A stretch of 64,000 nucleotides of DNA. It comes from Octopus vulgaris. Its lineage: Eukaryota. The position numbers and the translations under genes were made by a program. Shown here piece by piece: positions 14,601 to 29,704 of this stretch (position 1 is its first letter; each line of letters starts with the position of its first letter). Where the stretch lies: contig OX597827.1 of NCBI GenBank assembly GCA_951406725.2, forward strand, positions 16,430,001 to 16,494,000, in the 5' to 3' direction. The notes under the pieces are model-generated. The model searched no databases and had not been told where the DNA came from. It saw nothing but the letters and a program-made list of their open reading frames with translations.

Positions 14601-15556
14601 ATCTATCAAGATACATATATACATACATACATGCATACATACATACATACATACACAAACACCTGTATGCGCACACACGCGCACGCACACATATATAAAT
14701 GTATGCATGATTATAGTAAGGAATCTCTGTATGTAGGTAGATATATGATTGCTATTTAGCCCCATACAAACATACATTCCTACATACATGCATGCATAAT
14801 ACACACATACACACATAGATTCTGTTGCTATTTCTAGCAACTCGAACGACCACTTAGAATTCTCCATCGCTGGTTCGCATTTTTTTTCTGTGAATGTAAA
14901 ACTTTAAGCATGCAAATGCATGTGAGCAACTTTCTAGATATCCGTCTTCACCTGACACATCGAAACATCCATTCATACAGATTGAATAACTGACCAATAT
15001 ACTGTTGTTATCGTCGTTGTCGGTGTCGTTCTTATTCAGCTCTAATCCAGCAAGTCTATGAGTGAAAGCGTTACTGTCATGGTTTTTATATTTTCTATCT
15101 AAATAGTCTATCTAAGACTACTTTATCCATTGTGTTCTTCATTTCTTAAAATGCTTGTGAGCTTGTGAGTACATCACGCACGAGTACATCAAATCATTTG
15201 ATACCAACAATGTTAAGGACAGCTATACTTGCCCGGATGACATACCTATTTCTGTTACAAGATTCCTAGTTATGGCTACGTAGTGGCTTGAAATTTTATG
15301 TATGTACGGGTGTGTTAGTTTTGTTCTTCGTAGGGAGAGTGTTTGCCTGCGTTTAAACCTAATGTTACATCAATGAAATAAGCAATTTTGCAGTTAATAC
15401 TTATATTTAACATAACATCTCATATTATTCTATACGTTTATTTATAAATCTATACATATCGTGGCCAATCATGTTGTATGCACGCCATAAATAGATAAAG
15501 AAAAGATTTAATAGGTATATTCAAGGTGTTTGTTTTAAACATATGTCACTGGTTTA

Positions 15557-15715
15557 GCAGGAGTGGCTGTGTGGTAAGTAGCTTGCTTACCAACCACATG
15601 GTTTCGGGTTCAGTCCCACTGCGTGGCATCTTGGGCAAGTGTCTTCTGCTATAACCCCGGGCCGACCAATGCCTTGTGAGTGGATTTGGGAGACGGAAAC
15701 TGAAAGAAGCCCGTC

Positions 15716-15771
<56 letters not shown>

Positions 15772-15993
15772 ATATGTTTGTGTGTCTGTGTTTGTCCCCC
15801 TAGCATTGCTTGACAACCGATGCTGGTGTGTTTACGTCCCCGTCACTTAGCAGTTCGGCAAAAGAGACCGATAGAATAAGTACTGGGCTTACAAAGAATA
15901 AGTCCCGGGGTCGATTTGCTCGACTAAAGGCGGTGCTCCAGCATGGCCGCAGTCAAATGACTGAAACAAGTAAAAGAGTAAAAGAGTAAAGAG
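15557..15993 (+). mobile_element. SINE family A
   Basis: Full-length match to family. Confidence 0.9.
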
Positions 15994-16009
15994 TATATAT
16001 TTAGCAGGG

Positions 16010-16970
16010 CCTCCTCTTACTGTAACAATGCGCTAACCAGAAGAGGTTTTTGCGAGATGTTTATAAGAAGCACGATTTACACATGAAAAGAAACACGAAA
16101 AGAAATTGATCCACCATATAAACATGGATGTAGTCACTAATATGACTAGGAACATTCTCCACTGACGCACGAGTACATCAAATCATTTGATACCAACAAT
16201 GTTAAGGACAGCTATTCTTGCCCGGATGACATAGCTTCCCATATCACATACTACAACCAAAAATAAGCATCTAGACATCCTTTAACCAACAGTCATTTTG
16301 TAACAGCTGGTTCCCACCTGATGACCCCCTCAGAAAATCTTGCCTGTCTAAAGCAGTAATATATACAACATCGTTAATATCCACAGGTAGAATCGAAATG
16401 TGCGTGAATCACAGCAAAAATATCTAAAAGCTATCATTACCTGTGTCAACATTCATTCACATTAAAGGAAAGGCTATCCCTTTCTCACTTCCTCTCGCTA
16501 CACTGGGACTGTGGATCGGAACATACCTCAATAATATGGAACATTGTAGACAAAGTCGTTTTGAAATGGAAGCTACGCTTAACTGAAAACGTTCAAATAT
16601 TAGAAAGACAAAGTCATCACATCACAGGAGATCCTAGATAGTCTTTAGATGTCGCCATCATAGAAAATTTCATGTGAACATCTTCCATATACTCCAAATT
16701 TACCACCCACTGATTCAAACTCATTTTCAACGGTTTCAGAAAATTTCCAAGAGGTAGCTGTCCCTTAAGCGTACGGCTGGACTAAGAACTGTCCCTTATA
16801 GTAGGGTAGCCTTGTCAACAATAAAGATATTTTGAATGACATATATTTTACGACCAATAAACGTCGACGTAGCTGGTTCGTTCCGGACGTACAGCGTCAT
16901 TCAGTTATCTAATATTGCCTGAATGACCAATCATGTATTGCATGCCGGAAACCATGAGTAGTGGTGGAAT
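16010..16970 (+). pseudogene. Decayed Penelope-like element (RT-endonuclease linker, GIY-YIG region, pLTR remnant)
   Basis: Frameshifted peptides PPY..MDVVTN, KSFDTNNVKDSYSCPDDIASHITYYNQK, FCN..PL.KSCLSKAVIY, IIWNIVDK resemble the Penelope linker/GIY-YIG consensus; degenerate hammerhead at about 16919-16962. Confidence 0.65.
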
Positions 16971-17403
16971 TATCAACTCCATCCATCCATCCACACAGTA
17001 CACTGTTATTTTTGATGTAAACACACATTCAAATACTCAAAATCACACACATACATGCATACCAATACAGTGAGAATATTTCATTACCATCTAATAAGAT
17101 GACGTTATATATACTGTGCGTGAATTTTGTGTGTATATGTGTATATATAATAATATAAATAATATATAAATATATACATACATATATGTACACACCTACA
17201 TCTATATGTATATATACATGCATATATGGGTATAGAACATAAAAAAAAAACGTTGAACACAATGAGAAACGAAAACATAAAAACAAAAACATGGAAACGT
17301 ACTTTTTTTTCAAACAACGAAAAAACAGAGTACAAGACATACAACACAAGGAATATTCCCCTTCTTCAGTTGTCCCTGTTTCATCTACTCCGTGTTTCGA
17401 GTA

Positions 17404-17426
17404 TATATATGTATAATTATGTGCCG

Positions 17427-17457
<31 letters not shown>

Positions 17458-17481
17458 TATAACTCTGCCAATATATACATG

Positions 17482-17516
<35 letters not shown>

Positions 17517-17519
17517 GTA

Positions 17520-17600
<81 letters not shown>

Positions 17601-17620
17601 CTTTCTCTCTATCTATCTAT
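17404..17620. repeat. (TA)n/(ATCT)n microsatellite
   Basis: Direct inspection. Confidence 0.9.
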
Positions 17621-18097
17621 AAACATATCTACCTACCTATCGATATTGTGGTTATTAGCTCGGTAGTTTCCCCCCCGTATGTGATTGGCTAGCGGTCTAT
17701 AAAGAAAGAAACATTGATTAATTAATTAATTAATTACTCAATTAGTAATAATCCAGTTTTTATCATTCCGCTATAAAAGAACGATAATTTAAAGATAACA
17801 AATACACCAAAGCTCCAGTCTCATAGTAACATTAGTCACGTATGGCATACGGTAAATAAACATAACGGAAAAGGAAATGAATGGACGATAGAAGTTCAGT
17901 CCTACCTATATTTCAATTCCTACGTTGTGCATTACGTCATACAAAACACCTGTCACATGATCTTAGCGGTCGGGTGCTCGATGATGTGAGTCTGCGTATA
18001 TGAATGTGTGTTTACATATACATACCTCCTTGTTGTTCTCTCACTTGTCTTCGTGGTTTTTTTCCCCATAAATTTGAACTGCATATATATATATATA

Positions 18098-18535
<438 letters not shown>

Positions 18536-18543
18536 ATATATAT

Positions 18544-19250
<707 letters not shown>

Positions 19251-20634
19251 CTTTATACCTACACCACGCCTGGAACCAATCCCAGAGTTGGTTCTACGGT
19301 TTAAATTGGATTTGGTTCTTACATGTCTACAGTTTTCTCTCAACACTCGACACCTTCATCGTTGTTTACCTCAATAGGAACTCTATATTGTCATGCCTAT
19401 CCATTTCTGGCGGCCTACGCGATATTGATGTGTCTAGATTCTATAGAATCTTTATAAATAAATCTGCTCCATATTTTGCTTTCTTAAATGGCTTATAAAC
19501 ATCTTCCACGCTGCAATTGTTTTCGTTCCAGCACTCGATCACAGATCAAGTCACTCACTATGCAAGTACATCTCCGTAAAATTTTGCTTTGTTCCACACT
19601 TATGTTGAAATCGCAAAGCAAGGCGATCTTGTCATTCATTGAGATCCGACAAAGGACTCCGTCCAGTATCGTCCGATGAAAACATTCTTGTCTCTATTAT
19701 CATATGGAAAAGTGAGTGCAAACGTACTGCGAAGTGTAGCAGGCAATTTCTTTGCCAGAAGTAGCGTTTCTGCTTTGGTTGCCCAGTTCTACTCCGTAGA
19801 TTCTAACTGGGCGAAAGATTTCCAGCAGAAAGTGTGACTGATTCCAATTGATAGAGAGAGACCTTATACAGGGATCTGGTTTCATTCGACATCGCAAAGT
19901 CAATATCGCAACGTCTCAGCACCGCAATAATAATTTCTCACGTGGTTTGCGAAGATGTCATATAACTCCAGAAGAATTCTATTATTACATTCCATGTTGC
20001 CAATTTTAAGTTGTATTGCATCGTATTTTGACCGCAATAATGGAATAGTTCGATTGATGCGCAAACCTCTCCAATTCAGTAATTGACTAGCCAATTATTA
20101 GGCAACCATTTGTAGACTCTCTTCTAATTTGTGAATTTTTTTCCCAGAAATCGCATCACGGGGTTCTTCGAAAACATCTACCATTCAGTTTTAGTCGTTA
20201 GTGCCCAAATACTTTGTGGTGGCTGCTGTAGTGAATTCTGATTGGAAGTTGCCGGTTCAGTTTATTCGATACCAAATGTCACATTGATTTGCAAACTCCA
20301 ACTATTAGGGTTCAGTTATTGTTCAGCGTAGTCAGAGCTGGGGTTATACATAAATGATTGTAAAGTGTTTTTGGGGGTGTTACCATCTCAAGTAGCACTG
20401 TTACAATGATGAGATAAACGGTGATGGCCATGATGGATCCAGGATGACCAGTTTCAAATCCTGGCTACAGGAAGCTATCAAATCCATTGTCATTTAAGCT
20501 CGCCTGTCGTGTTCTACGGTAGTATTTCATTTTCGTTTTGGTGCGCTCTGTCGGCATTTGTTGCAAAAGACTTAACACAATTGTTGATGAGTGCATATCG
20601 ACACAGTAGTATACCTGCATGCTATGCTTTTTGA

Positions 20635-21027
20635 TAACCTGGACGTTATCAAAGAAGCTTGAGAGGCGGTTGGATGGAACCTACACTCGCCTCCTTATGA
20701 GAGCTCAAAATCTCTCGTGGAAGCGTCACCCAACCAAAATGCAAATATATGGGAAACTACCACCTGTGTCATCTCTTGTGAAAGGTAGGAGAGTCCAGTT
20801 TGCTGGACATTGTTGTAAAGCTGAAAACGAGGTAATTTCTACTCTTCTCCTCTGGAAGCCATCTACTCGCAATACCAGAAGGCGCACACTCTCCTACGCT
20901 GATGTAATCTCCAGGGATACAGGCATCCTGCAACAGGACCTCCGTAATGCCATGATGGACCGTGAAGTCTGGCGTAGCATGGTAAATTCCATTGTCTCGA
21001 CCACGGTCGAACAATGATGTTGATTTG
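20635..21027 (+). mobile_element. RTE-type LINE 3' fragment
   Basis: TWTLSKKLERRLDGTYTRLL...FAGHC...DREVWRSMV, then TGATGTTGAT tail. Confidence 0.85.
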
Positions 21028-21594
21028 GAGATCACTACCCTTAGAACCCTTGTAGTTTAGCTTAGAGCAGTGACCCGCTTTTGTTTGTTTCCTCAGGGTG
21101 GCGCAGTAGAGTTCTTAGTGGGGAAGAAAATGAATTAACAGGTGAAGGCTTACACGCACAACTCCTCTTTTCACCTTTCATTAAAGAAGCTAGCCAAAGG
21201 ATTTATCTGTGAGCAGACAGCAGCGAGCAGAGAGAGCACGGCGTGGCATGCAGCATGCACGAACAGTATTACAACATTATTGCACTATAGCAATGGACTC
21301 TTCGCATGCATATTGTGTCAATATACAGAAACACACACTGAATACTCTCTCTCTCTCTCTCTCTCTATCTCACACACACACACACAATTACATATGAACA
21401 ACCCGACTAACACATCGCGCACACACGAACGCAGTGACTCCGTTGCAGAGCAAATAAATCTTTAGCTCGTCATTAATATATAGGTGTGAAATTATGGGTG
21501 TATTTTTTAAAAGTTCACAGCAGTAGATAAAGAACGGTTTTCAACGCAGGAACAAGGCTTCTTTATTAGTTTAGTTTTCAACTAGGTGGTCACG

Positions 21595-21722
21595 TATGTT
21601 TGAATGTATGAATGTACGCATGCATGTATGTATGTATGTATGTATGTATGTATGTATGTATGTATGTACGTACGCATGCATGTATGTATGTATGTACGCA
21701 TGCATGTATGTATGTATGTATG

Positions 21723-21753
<31 letters not shown>

Positions 21754-21866
21754 GTATGTATGTATGCATGTATGTATGTACGTATGTATGTATGTATGTA
21801 TGTATGTATGTATGTATGTATGTATGTATGTATGTATGTATGTATATATGTATGCATGTATGTATG

Positions 21867-21905
<39 letters not shown>

Positions 21906-22341
21906 GCATGTATGTATGTATGTATGTATGTATGCATGTATGTATGCATGTATGTATGTAAGTATGTATGTATATATGTATGTATGCATGTATATATGCA
22001 TGTATGTATGTAAGTATATATGTATGTATATGTGTATGTAGGTATGTATGTATGTATGTATGTATGTATATATGTATGTGTATGTATGTATGTATGTATG
22101 TATGTATGTATGTATGTATATATATATATGTATGTATGTATGTATGTATGCATGTATGTATGTAAGTATGTATGTATGTATGTATGTATGTATGTATGTA
22201 TGTATGTATGTATGTATGTATGTATGTATGTATGTATGTATGTATGTATGTATGTATGTATGTATGTATGTATGTATATATGCATGTATGTATGTATATA
22301 TGTATGTATGTATGTGTGTATGTATGTATGATGTATGTATG

Positions 22342-22375
<34 letters not shown>

Positions 22376-22466
22376 TGTATGTATGTATGTATGTATGTAT
22401 GTATGTATGTATGTATGTATGTATGTATGTATGTATGTATGTATATATGTATGTATGTATGTATGT
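21595..22466. repeat. (TATG)n microsatellite, about 870 bp
   Basis: Direct inspection. Confidence 0.97.
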
Positions 22467-22709
22467 CATTGTTCAGTTTTATTTCAAGATTTCTTGCCAA
22501 TAGAGAAAGAACAGGTTTCTAACCTAGATTCAAGGCTCCTTCATTGGAATGTATGTATGTATGTATGTATGTATGTATGTATGTATCTATGTATGTATGT
22601 ATGTCATTGTTCAGTTTTATTTCAAGATTTCTTGCCAATAGAGAAAGAACAGGTTTCTAACCTAGATTCAAGGCTCCGTCATTGGAATTTCAACATCAAC
22701 AACAGGGTG
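22467..22709. repeat. 84-bp direct duplication embedded in (TATG)n
   Basis: CATTGTTCAGTTTTATTTCAAG...CATTGGAAT at 22467-22550 and 22605-22688, 1 mismatch. Confidence 0.9.
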
Positions 22710-22765
22710 TTTTTGTTTGTTTGTATGTATGCATGTGCAGATTTGTATGCATGTTCATGTTTATG

Positions 22766-23257
<492 letters not shown>

Positions 23258-23293
23258 ATGTGTGTGTGTATGTGTGTTTGTGTGTGTGCGTGC

Positions 23294-23327
<34 letters not shown>

Positions 23328-23879
23328 ATATATATATATGTAAGAATACACATTTGTACGTACGTGAGTATGAATATACGTACGAATACACAGATGCAGA
23401 TATGAATGCACGTATGTATGTATGTATGTATGTATGTATGTATGAAAGTATGCGCTATGTGTATATGTATGCATCTGTACGTGTGTGTCTTACATATTTT
23501 CATTGCCCCATAAATAGCTATAAATTGTAATTTCCTAATTTGACATGTCTTTTCCGGTTTTCTGAAGCCCTGCTTCTCAAGCTTAGTGCTGAGGCAGTTG
23601 TGTTATATCTCCAAGAGTTATCACTGTAAATACAGGTATAAATCTAAAGTTATAGGTCTGGGAGTAATATATCTTTCTTCCACCTTTTCCTGCTTCAGTC
23701 ATTGGACTGCGACCATGCTGGAGCACCGCCTTGAAGGGTTTAATATAACAAATGGAAGAGTAGTACTTATTAATTAATTCATAAGATTGCTGCTTATTCT
23801 ATCAGTATGTGTTGCCGAACCCCTAAGTTAAAGAGATGTACGTAAGCCAACACCAGTTGTCGAGTAGTTGGCTAGGGAG

Positions 23880-23956
<77 letters not shown>

Positions 23957-23982
23957 TACACGCACATACACGCACATACACG

Positions 23983-24068
<86 letters not shown>

Positions 24069-24176
24069 TACACGCACATACACGCACATACACGCACGCA
24101 CATACACGCACATACACGTGTGCACGCACACACATGCACACACACACACGTGAGCTCACATTTATATATGTACATA

Positions 24177-24454
24177 CAGTTATACCTCACTTTGCGAGGA
24201 CCTGTTTTACGTGACTCCAGGTTTAGAAGATTTAATTTATAAGAAATATAGAAAGGTTAGACAGACATTTTTGTGTGTGTGTGGCAATGTCGCAACATGT
24301 GGTAACATTGGTTCTGATTCCTCCACACAGCGACGGATTAAAATGACAGCATAAAATGTCATTGCTTCTGTGGGAAATTATTGCTCTGCTTTACGAGTTT
24401 TCGCTTTACGAGCTGTCTCCAGGAAAAATTAACTCGTATATCGAGGCACTACTC
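24177..24454. mobile_element. pogo/Tigger-like MITE
   Basis: Imperfect TIRs CAGTTATACCTCACTTTGCGAG / CTCGTATATCGAGGCACTACTC flanked by TA. Confidence 0.6.
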
Positions 24455-24574
24455 TATATAACGGGATTCCAGCCGTTTCTGTCTACCACATTCCATCCCA
24501 GGGCATTGGTCAGCCCACGATTAGAACAGAGGACCCTTATTTCAGGGAGCCATGACTGTAAATTTCTCATTGGT

Positions 24575-24784
24575 TCTCTTACTCTCTTTTTACCTCTTTT
24601 ACTTGTTTCAGTCATTTGACTGTGGCCATGCTGGAGCACCGCCTTTAGTCGAACAAATCGACCCCCCCCCCCAGCACTCATTCTTTGTAAGCCTAGTACT
24701 TATTCTATCGGTCTCTTTTGCCGAACCGCTAAGTAACGGGGACATAAACACACCAACATCGGTTGTCAAGCGATGTTGGGGGGA

Positions 24785-24850
<66 letters not shown>

Positions 24851-24987
24851 TACATACTTATATACGACGAAATTCTTGCTTCTTTCAGTTCCCGTCTACC
24901 AAATCCACCCACAAGGCTTTGGTCGGCCCAAGGCTATAGTAGAAGACACTTGCCCAAGGTGCCACGCAGTGGGACTGAACCCGGAAC
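24575..24987 (-). mobile_element. SINE family A
   Basis: Family match. Confidence 0.87.
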
Positions 24988-25229
24988 TGTACAGTTCTGT
25001 ACAGAGGTTTTCTCTTTCACTAATTTTTAAAATCATTTTTATATGATAATAGTGTGTAAATATTAGAAAAAAGTCGAAAGCTGCCCGTTGGATTAGAACC
25101 CAGATCTGTAAACATGATAGGGGTTCCATCAGTGGACGAAAGCAATTCTTCGAATTTCTCAACCGATTTTAGAAACTTACATTCAAGTAAAGCGCGTTAT
25201 TCTGTTATTCTGTTATTCTATTACTCTGG

Positions 25230-25580
25230 TACTTGTTTCAGTCATTTGACTGCAGCCATGCTGGAGCACCGCCTTAAAGGGTTTTTAGTCGCAGAAATCG
25301 ATCCTAGGACTTATTCTTTGTAAGCCTAGTAGTTATTCTATCGGTTGTCAAGCGATGGTTGGGAAGACAGACATAGACGCAAAGATACACACGCATAAAT
25401 ACATACACAGACACATACATATACGACGGGCTTCTTTCAGTTTCCGACTACCAAATCCACTCACAAGGCTTTGGTCGACCCGAGGCTATAGTAGAAGACA
25501 CTTGCCCAAGGTGCCACGCAATGGGACTGAACCCGGAACCATGTGGTTGGGAAGCAAGCTTCTTACCACACCAGCCACGT
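25230..25580 (-). mobile_element. SINE family A with internal deletion
   Basis: Family match. Confidence 0.85.
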
Positions 25581-25634
25581 CTTTGTGTGCATCAATTTAG
25601 TACACAAGTGAATGTGCTTTACTTCTGTTTTTCT

Positions 25635-25678
<44 letters not shown>

Positions 25679-25889
25679 ATTTGTGTATGTGTGTGTGCGC
25701 GCCATAAGCAATTGTATAGATTGTTTCATTTCATAAAACTTGAATGGATAATCTCTGGAATGCTATGCAAATGTTCACAGTACCGCTAATCGATCGTCTT
25801 TGCAAGTTGTTGACGTTGTCATGTTTATCTGATTCAAGATTCACCGATATGTATGTAAGTGTGTATGTATGTACGTAGGTATGTATATG

Positions 25890-26228
25890 TGAAGGGGCAT
25901 GGCTCAGTGGTTAGAGCGTCGAGCTTACGATCGTGAGGTTGTGAGCTCGAATCCCGGACTGGGCTGCGTGTTGTGTTCTTGAGCAAGACATTTTATTTCA
26001 CATTGCTCCAGTTCACTCAGCTGCAGAAATGAGTTGCGACGACGTCACAGGTGCCAAGCTGTATCGGCCCTTGCCTTTCCCTTGGATAACACTGGTGGTG
26101 TGGAGAGGGGAGGCCGGTATGCATGGGCGACTGCTGGTCTTCCATAAACAATCTTGCCCAGACTTGTGCCTGGGAGGGTAACTTTATTGGTGCAAACCCA
26201 CGGTCAGTCATGACCGAAGGGGGTCCCA
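25890..26228 (+). mobile_element. tRNA-derived SINE with CORE-like domain
   Basis: TGGCTCAGTGGTTAG A box, GCTCGAATCC B box, TGTTCTTGAGCAAGACA...CAGTTCACTCAGCTG...AAATGAGT. Confidence 0.8.
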
Positions 26229-26269
26229 ATATATATATATTGAATCTATGTACGTATGTATGTGTATGT

Positions 26270-26595
26270 GAAGGCGCGTGGCTCAGGGGTTAGGGCATCT
26301 GGTTCACGATCGAAAGATCGTGAGTTCGATTCCCGGAGACGCGTTGTGCCCCTGAGCAAGACACTTCTATTTTTCGTTTCCCCAGTCCACTCAGCTGGCA
26401 AAAAATGAGTAGTACCTGTATTTCAAAAGGCCAGCCTTGTCACATTCTGTGTCACGTTGAGTCTCCCCGAGAACTTCGTTAAGGGTATATGTGTCTGTGG
26501 AGTGCTCAGCCACTTACACGTTAATTTCATGAGCAGGCTGTTCCATTGAGCAGATCAACAGGAACCCTCGTCGTCGCAACCGACGGAGTGCCAGT
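26270..26595 (+). mobile_element. tRNA-derived SINE with CORE-like domain and tail type iii
   Basis: A and B boxes; tail shared with 45965-46150. Confidence 0.8.
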
Positions 26596-27137
26596 TATGT
26601 ATATGTGTGTGTGTGTGTTTATGTATGTATGTATGTATGTATGTAATTTTGTATGTATGCATGTGTGTGTATATATGCTTCTATGCATGTTCGTGTGTAT
26701 AGATGAGTTTTCTTGGAGATTTCTTTACAGAATTCAAGCCAGTTACAAGTGGCGAGGCTATTTCTTTTGCGTTCTTGACATTTCTTGGGATTTGTGAAGA
26801 TGTCAACGAGTCACCGTGTGTATATATGTATGTACATATATGGATAAACTTGCACTCAAGCAAAGTGTGTGAGTATCAATTTAGTACACAAATGAATGTG
26901 TTTTAAGTCTGTTTTTCTAAATCTATGTGCATGTGTGTGTGTGTGTGGGAGAGTAAGAGAGAGAGAGAGAGAGAGAGAGTAAGAGAGAGAGAGTAAGAGA
27001 GAGAGAGTAAGAGAGAGAGAGAGTAAGAGAGAGAGAGAGAGAGAGAGAGTAAGAGAGAAAGAGAGTAAGAGAGAGAGAGTAAGAGAGAGAGTAAGAGAGA
27101 GAGTAAGAGAGAGAGAGAGAGAGCGAGCGAGAGAGAG

Positions 27138-27171
<34 letters not shown>

Positions 27172-27549
27172 CCATAAGCAATTGTGTAGATTGCTGTATT
27201 TCATGAAACTTGAATAGAAAATCTCTAGAATGCTTTACAAATTTTCACAGTATCGTTAATCGATTATCTTTGGAAGGTGTCAAACACGCTATTTTCTTCT
27301 TTCTTGGTGAATCTTAGCACTTCTAGATATGGCTTTCTGCGTATTTCTGCAGGCCGTCGAAAGGAACATGATGGAATATTCATAAGCAGTTTCATCCATT
27401 TTAAATTTCTTTGTTTCCGTGTTAGATGCTGGTGGTCAGTATTAGTACTGATGTAAAATATTTCTGATAGCGTTTGGTAGAATTTGTTTTTTTTAGCATA
27501 AATGACCCGGATTTCATCTAGTGTTCCGTTAATAGACCAAATGTTGGCG

Positions 27550-28007
27550 GGATCTTTTCGGTTTGAACGGCAGTTTTTTCTAGCGGTGTCATATGAAATT
27601 GTCACCCTTAATTATTACCCTAGTATCGATCTATTGCATTTCAATCTGTTTTAGGGTTAGGGTTAGTTAGGGTTAGGGGTGGGGGTTGGGGGAAGGGTAT
27701 CTTTTTTTCTTCACAAATGTAAATAAACCCAATCTGTTTCTTAAACGAGGGACATATTCATACGGCACAGAATGTTTTCACCTCAATAGACGGTCATTGA
27801 TTGGTTGAAATTGCCGAAATGCAAGAAATTAAAGACCAAATATCTTACAAGAATTTTCTCAATAAAACCAAGAGAAAAAGATGTTTTATGAACACATTCT
27901 ACAAGTATATGAAGTTTAAAATTTTTTAGTTACATTATGTTAGAAATTATGTTAGAAATTATGTTAGAAATTATGTTAAAAAACTGCCGTTCAAACCGAA
28001 AAGATCC
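27550..28007. mobile_element. Non-autonomous TIR DNA transposon (GG...CC ends, 8-bp TSD) with internal TTAGGG repeats
   Basis: Perfect TIR GGATCTTTTCGGTTTGAACGGCAGTTTTTT; identical TSD TGTTGGCG at 27542-27549 and 28008-28015. Confidence 0.92.
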
Positions 28008-28989
28008 TGTTGGCGTGAGACTGGTGCGTCAGGCATAACGGGCAATTAATTTGTGTGCAGAGAACATTGTGGAGCATATTTTTGATATTCTCTGGTTACG
28101 TGTTTGTTATTACAAGAGCTATTATAAGATATATTCCCATTCTAAGGTAGCATTTCCCGTTGATACCGCAGAACGAGTTAGTCTATTAATGGAGATGTTA
28201 AAAGGCTGGCTTGTAGTTTAGCTTTTAGTTTTACAGTCGAATAGAAGCACTTATCTTGGCCAAACTTCATCATAGTATCCTTTGAGAACGTCAAAACCAT
28301 GACAAGAATATTCTTCATATCTTTAATATTTTGGCACAGACTTTCAAGACTTCGACAAATAAGCTATGTGTAAGTTTTGTAACTGTCTTCCTGTCAGCCA
28401 ATAATTAACTTTTAAGATTTTCTAAGCAAAAACGGTAAGGGATTCTCTCAAGTGTAAACAAAACGACAGAGAAGCTGTCGTGCTGAAATATATCTCCGAA
28501 ATACTTGATTATATCAGAGATAATACGATCAGTTACAATACTTAGTATCAGGACGATGGATCAGAATGAAGCCAAGATGTGCATAGCTTTGATTGAGGTC
28601 TCTGAAACTTTAGCAAGTCGAATAATTTCGTGTAGGGAACGTAATTGGACACATTTTTAAAAACCCAACCAAACAGAAAACAGATTCCTTTTGTACCGCC
28701 CTGTTGATCACTGAAATCACAGTTTTGATGATAAGAAGTTGCTCAAAACATCTCAAAACACTTTTCTCCCGGCTATGTCTTCGGTTCTCGTTGTAATGTT
28801 ACCACCATTTTGACTCAATCTCAACGGAGTAGATTCAGGAAAAGACCATAGACATCTCATACTTGGGATTCTAGCATTCAATTGGTCGGTTGTTTTTTCG
28901 CCATGTGATTGATTATTTCTGTTGGTACAAGTTTGTTTCCGACAATACTAACCAATCCTGGGTAGCGACTTGACGGATATGTTAGAGCA

Positions 28990-29286
28990 TCGGGGACGTA
29001 AACACACCAGCATCGGTTGTAAAGCGATGTTGGGGGGGGGGATCAAGCACATACACACACACACACACACATACACACACACACACGCACGCACACACAC
29101 ACACATATATATATGTATATACGACGGGCTTCTTTCAGTTTCCGTCTACCAAATCCACTCACAAGGCTTTGGTCGGCCCAAGGCTATAGTAGAAGACACT
29201 TGCCCAAGTTTCCACGCAGTGGGACTGAACCCGGAATCATGTGGTTCGTAAGCAAGCTACATACCACACAGCTACTCCTACGCCTA
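28990..29286 (-). mobile_element. SINE family A, 3'-truncated
   Basis: Family match. Confidence 0.85.
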
Positions 29287-29327
29287 GCTGTTGTGAATCT
29301 TTAAACTCCACTTGTGTTCTTTTATGC

Positions 29328-29513
29328 CAGTGCTCCGCAACCGGTTTGTCGCGGCACACTGGTGTGCCACAAGACACTGTTAGGCATGCCGCAGTGTAAC
29401 CTGAATATAATTTTTCTCCCTATACTTTTAGCTGTATTTTTAGCTCAGGTGTGCTGCCGAATTTTGAAAACAATATAAGGGTACCACAAGTTAAAAAAGG
29501 TTGTGGAGCACTA
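29328..29513. mobile_element. hAT MITE
   Basis: TIRs CAGTGCTCCGCAACC / GGTTGTGGAGCACTA; TSD TTTTATGC / CTTTATGC. Confidence 0.82.
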
Positions 29514-29704
29514 CTTTATGCAAATACCTTACCTGGAAGCATCTCTATGCTGGATCTATAACTTACATTGGATCGGGAACCTACGTGTGTGTGTGTGTAT
29601 GTGTGTGTGTGTGTGTTCGTATAAATGCGCGTATATATATATATCGATGTATATGTATCATACGTCTACGTACGTATGAGACTTGACCCTTTTCCGGCGT
29701 CCTC

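Noticed and set aside
17340-17402. Hammerhead words on the minus strand (GAAACACGGAGTA ... CTGAAGA)
   Set aside because: Order and stems do not give a complete fold; at most a truncated relic.
21571-22522. ORFs of about 300 aa (HTYI / MYVC repeats)
   Set aside because: Tetranucleotide repeat lacking stop codons; artefact.
27653-27693. True telomere or chromosome-fusion scar
   Set aside because: Only about 4 units, internal to a TIR element.
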